A DNA stretch of 64,000 bases from Macrostomum lignano. Taxonomy: Eukaryota. Positions within the stretch are counted from its first letter, which is position 1, and every line of letters starts with the position of its first letter. A program made the position numbers and the translations under genes. This document shows, piece after piece, positions 60,400 through 64,000 of the stretch. Where the stretch lies: positions 62,001 through 126,000 of the forward strand of contig NIVC01002876.1 of assembly GCA_002269645.1 (NCBI GenBank). Reading direction: 5' to 3'. The notes beneath the pieces are model-generated. The model was not told where the DNA came from and ran no database searches. It saw nothing but the letters and a program-made list of their open reading frames with translations.

Positions 60400-61170
60400 G
60401 AAAGCTCTTTCATCCTTCATAAAGTTCCTCCTTCTGTTAGAAAGCTCCTCCTTTTAGAAAGCTCCTCCTTCCTTCAGAAAGCTCCTCCTTCCTTCAGGAA
60501 GCTCCTCCGTCCTTCAGAAAGCTCCCCCTTCTTTTAGAAAGCTCCTCCTTCCTTCAGAAAGCTCCTCCTTCCTTCAGAAAGCTCCTCCTTCCTTTAGAAA
60601 GCTCCTCCTTCCTTCAGAAAGCTCCTCCTTCCTTTAGAAAGCTCTTCCTTCCTTCAGAAAGCTCCTTCCTTCAGAAAGCTCTTCCTTCCTTCAGAAAGCT
60701 CCTTCCTTCAGAAAGCTCCTCCTTCCTTCAGAAAGCTCCTCCTTCCTTTAGAAAGCTCTTCCTTCCTTCAGCAAGCTCCTTCTTCCTTTAGAACAATCCT
60801 CCTTCCTTCAGAAAGCATCTCCCTCCTTTAGAAAGCTCCTCCTTCCTTCAGAAAGCTCCTTCCTTCAGAAAGCTCCTCCTTCCTTCAGAAAGCTCCTCCT
60901 TCCTTCAGAAAGCATCTCCCTCCTTTAGAAAGCTCCTCCTTCCTTCAGAAAGCTCCTTCCTTCAGAAAGCTCTTCCTTCCTTCAGAAAGCTCCTTCCTTC
61001 AGAAAGCTCCTCCTTCCTTCAGAAAGCGCCCCCTTCCTTTAGAAAGCTCTTCCTTCCTTCAGAAAGCTCCTTCTTCCTTTAGAACAATTCTCCTTCCTTC
61101 AGAAAGCATCTCCCTCCTTTAGAAAGCTCCTCCTTCCTTCAGAAAGCTCCTCCTTCCTTCAAAAAGCTCC
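60400..61170. repeat. Minisatellite, 20 bp (GCTCCTCCTTCCTTCAGAAA)
   Basis: Array ending ~220 bp upstream of the receptor gene. Confidence 0.94.
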
Positions 61171-61388
61171 TCGTTTCCATTCAGGAAGCACTTCCTGCGC
61201 CCTGGAAGTGGCGTCCAATTGAAGCGCACCAGCGAACCCCTTGAACGTTCATCTTGCATTTAGTGAGCTGAGATTGGCTGGCGAGACGGGGCGGGGCTGA
61301 TGGAGTAGCATCTTCATATATTATACGAGCAAGATTAATAATACTCTCCGTGGAAATCCAATTGTTCGCTAAACTCGATCAAGTCGCA

Positions 61389-63991
<2,603 letters not shown>

Positions 63992-64000
63992 GTGAGCATA

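Overview
This is animal (non-vertebrate) genomic DNA with GC-rich exons, GT-AG introns and AT-rich spacers. The style resembles a free-living flatworm such as Macrostomum, but the species cannot be fixed from the sequence. I built nine host gene models by hand with consistent splice phases: raw-like (-), CFAP157 (-), a 4-EF-hand calmodulin-like gene (+), ALG3 (-), MORN3 (-), CDC40/PRP17 (-), GRTP1/TBC1D6 (-), BAP31-like (+), and the 5' part of a GABA-B/ANF-receptor-like gene (+). Mobile DNA includes an apparently intact 4.2-kb hAT transposon with a perfect 8-bp TSD, two tRNA-derived SINE families (one with a MIR-like CORE), a hAT MITE nested in a SINE, a foldback element and a decayed mariner. 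Almost every long intron and spacer holds its own tandem repeat. The standout is a 5.2-kb head-to-tail array of 1.9/1.9/1.4-kb units (21034-26236) sitting inside a (GATA)n satellite. Each unit carries a minimal type I hammerhead ribozyme on the minus strand, with CCAAT, TATA and AATAAA motifs upstream. The array ends 1 nt from the predicted self-cleavage site and is followed by a short inversion. This suggests an unusually large non-autonomous ribozyme retroelement (retrozyme/Penelope-like). All coordinates were derived by eye; repeat boundaries are approximate.
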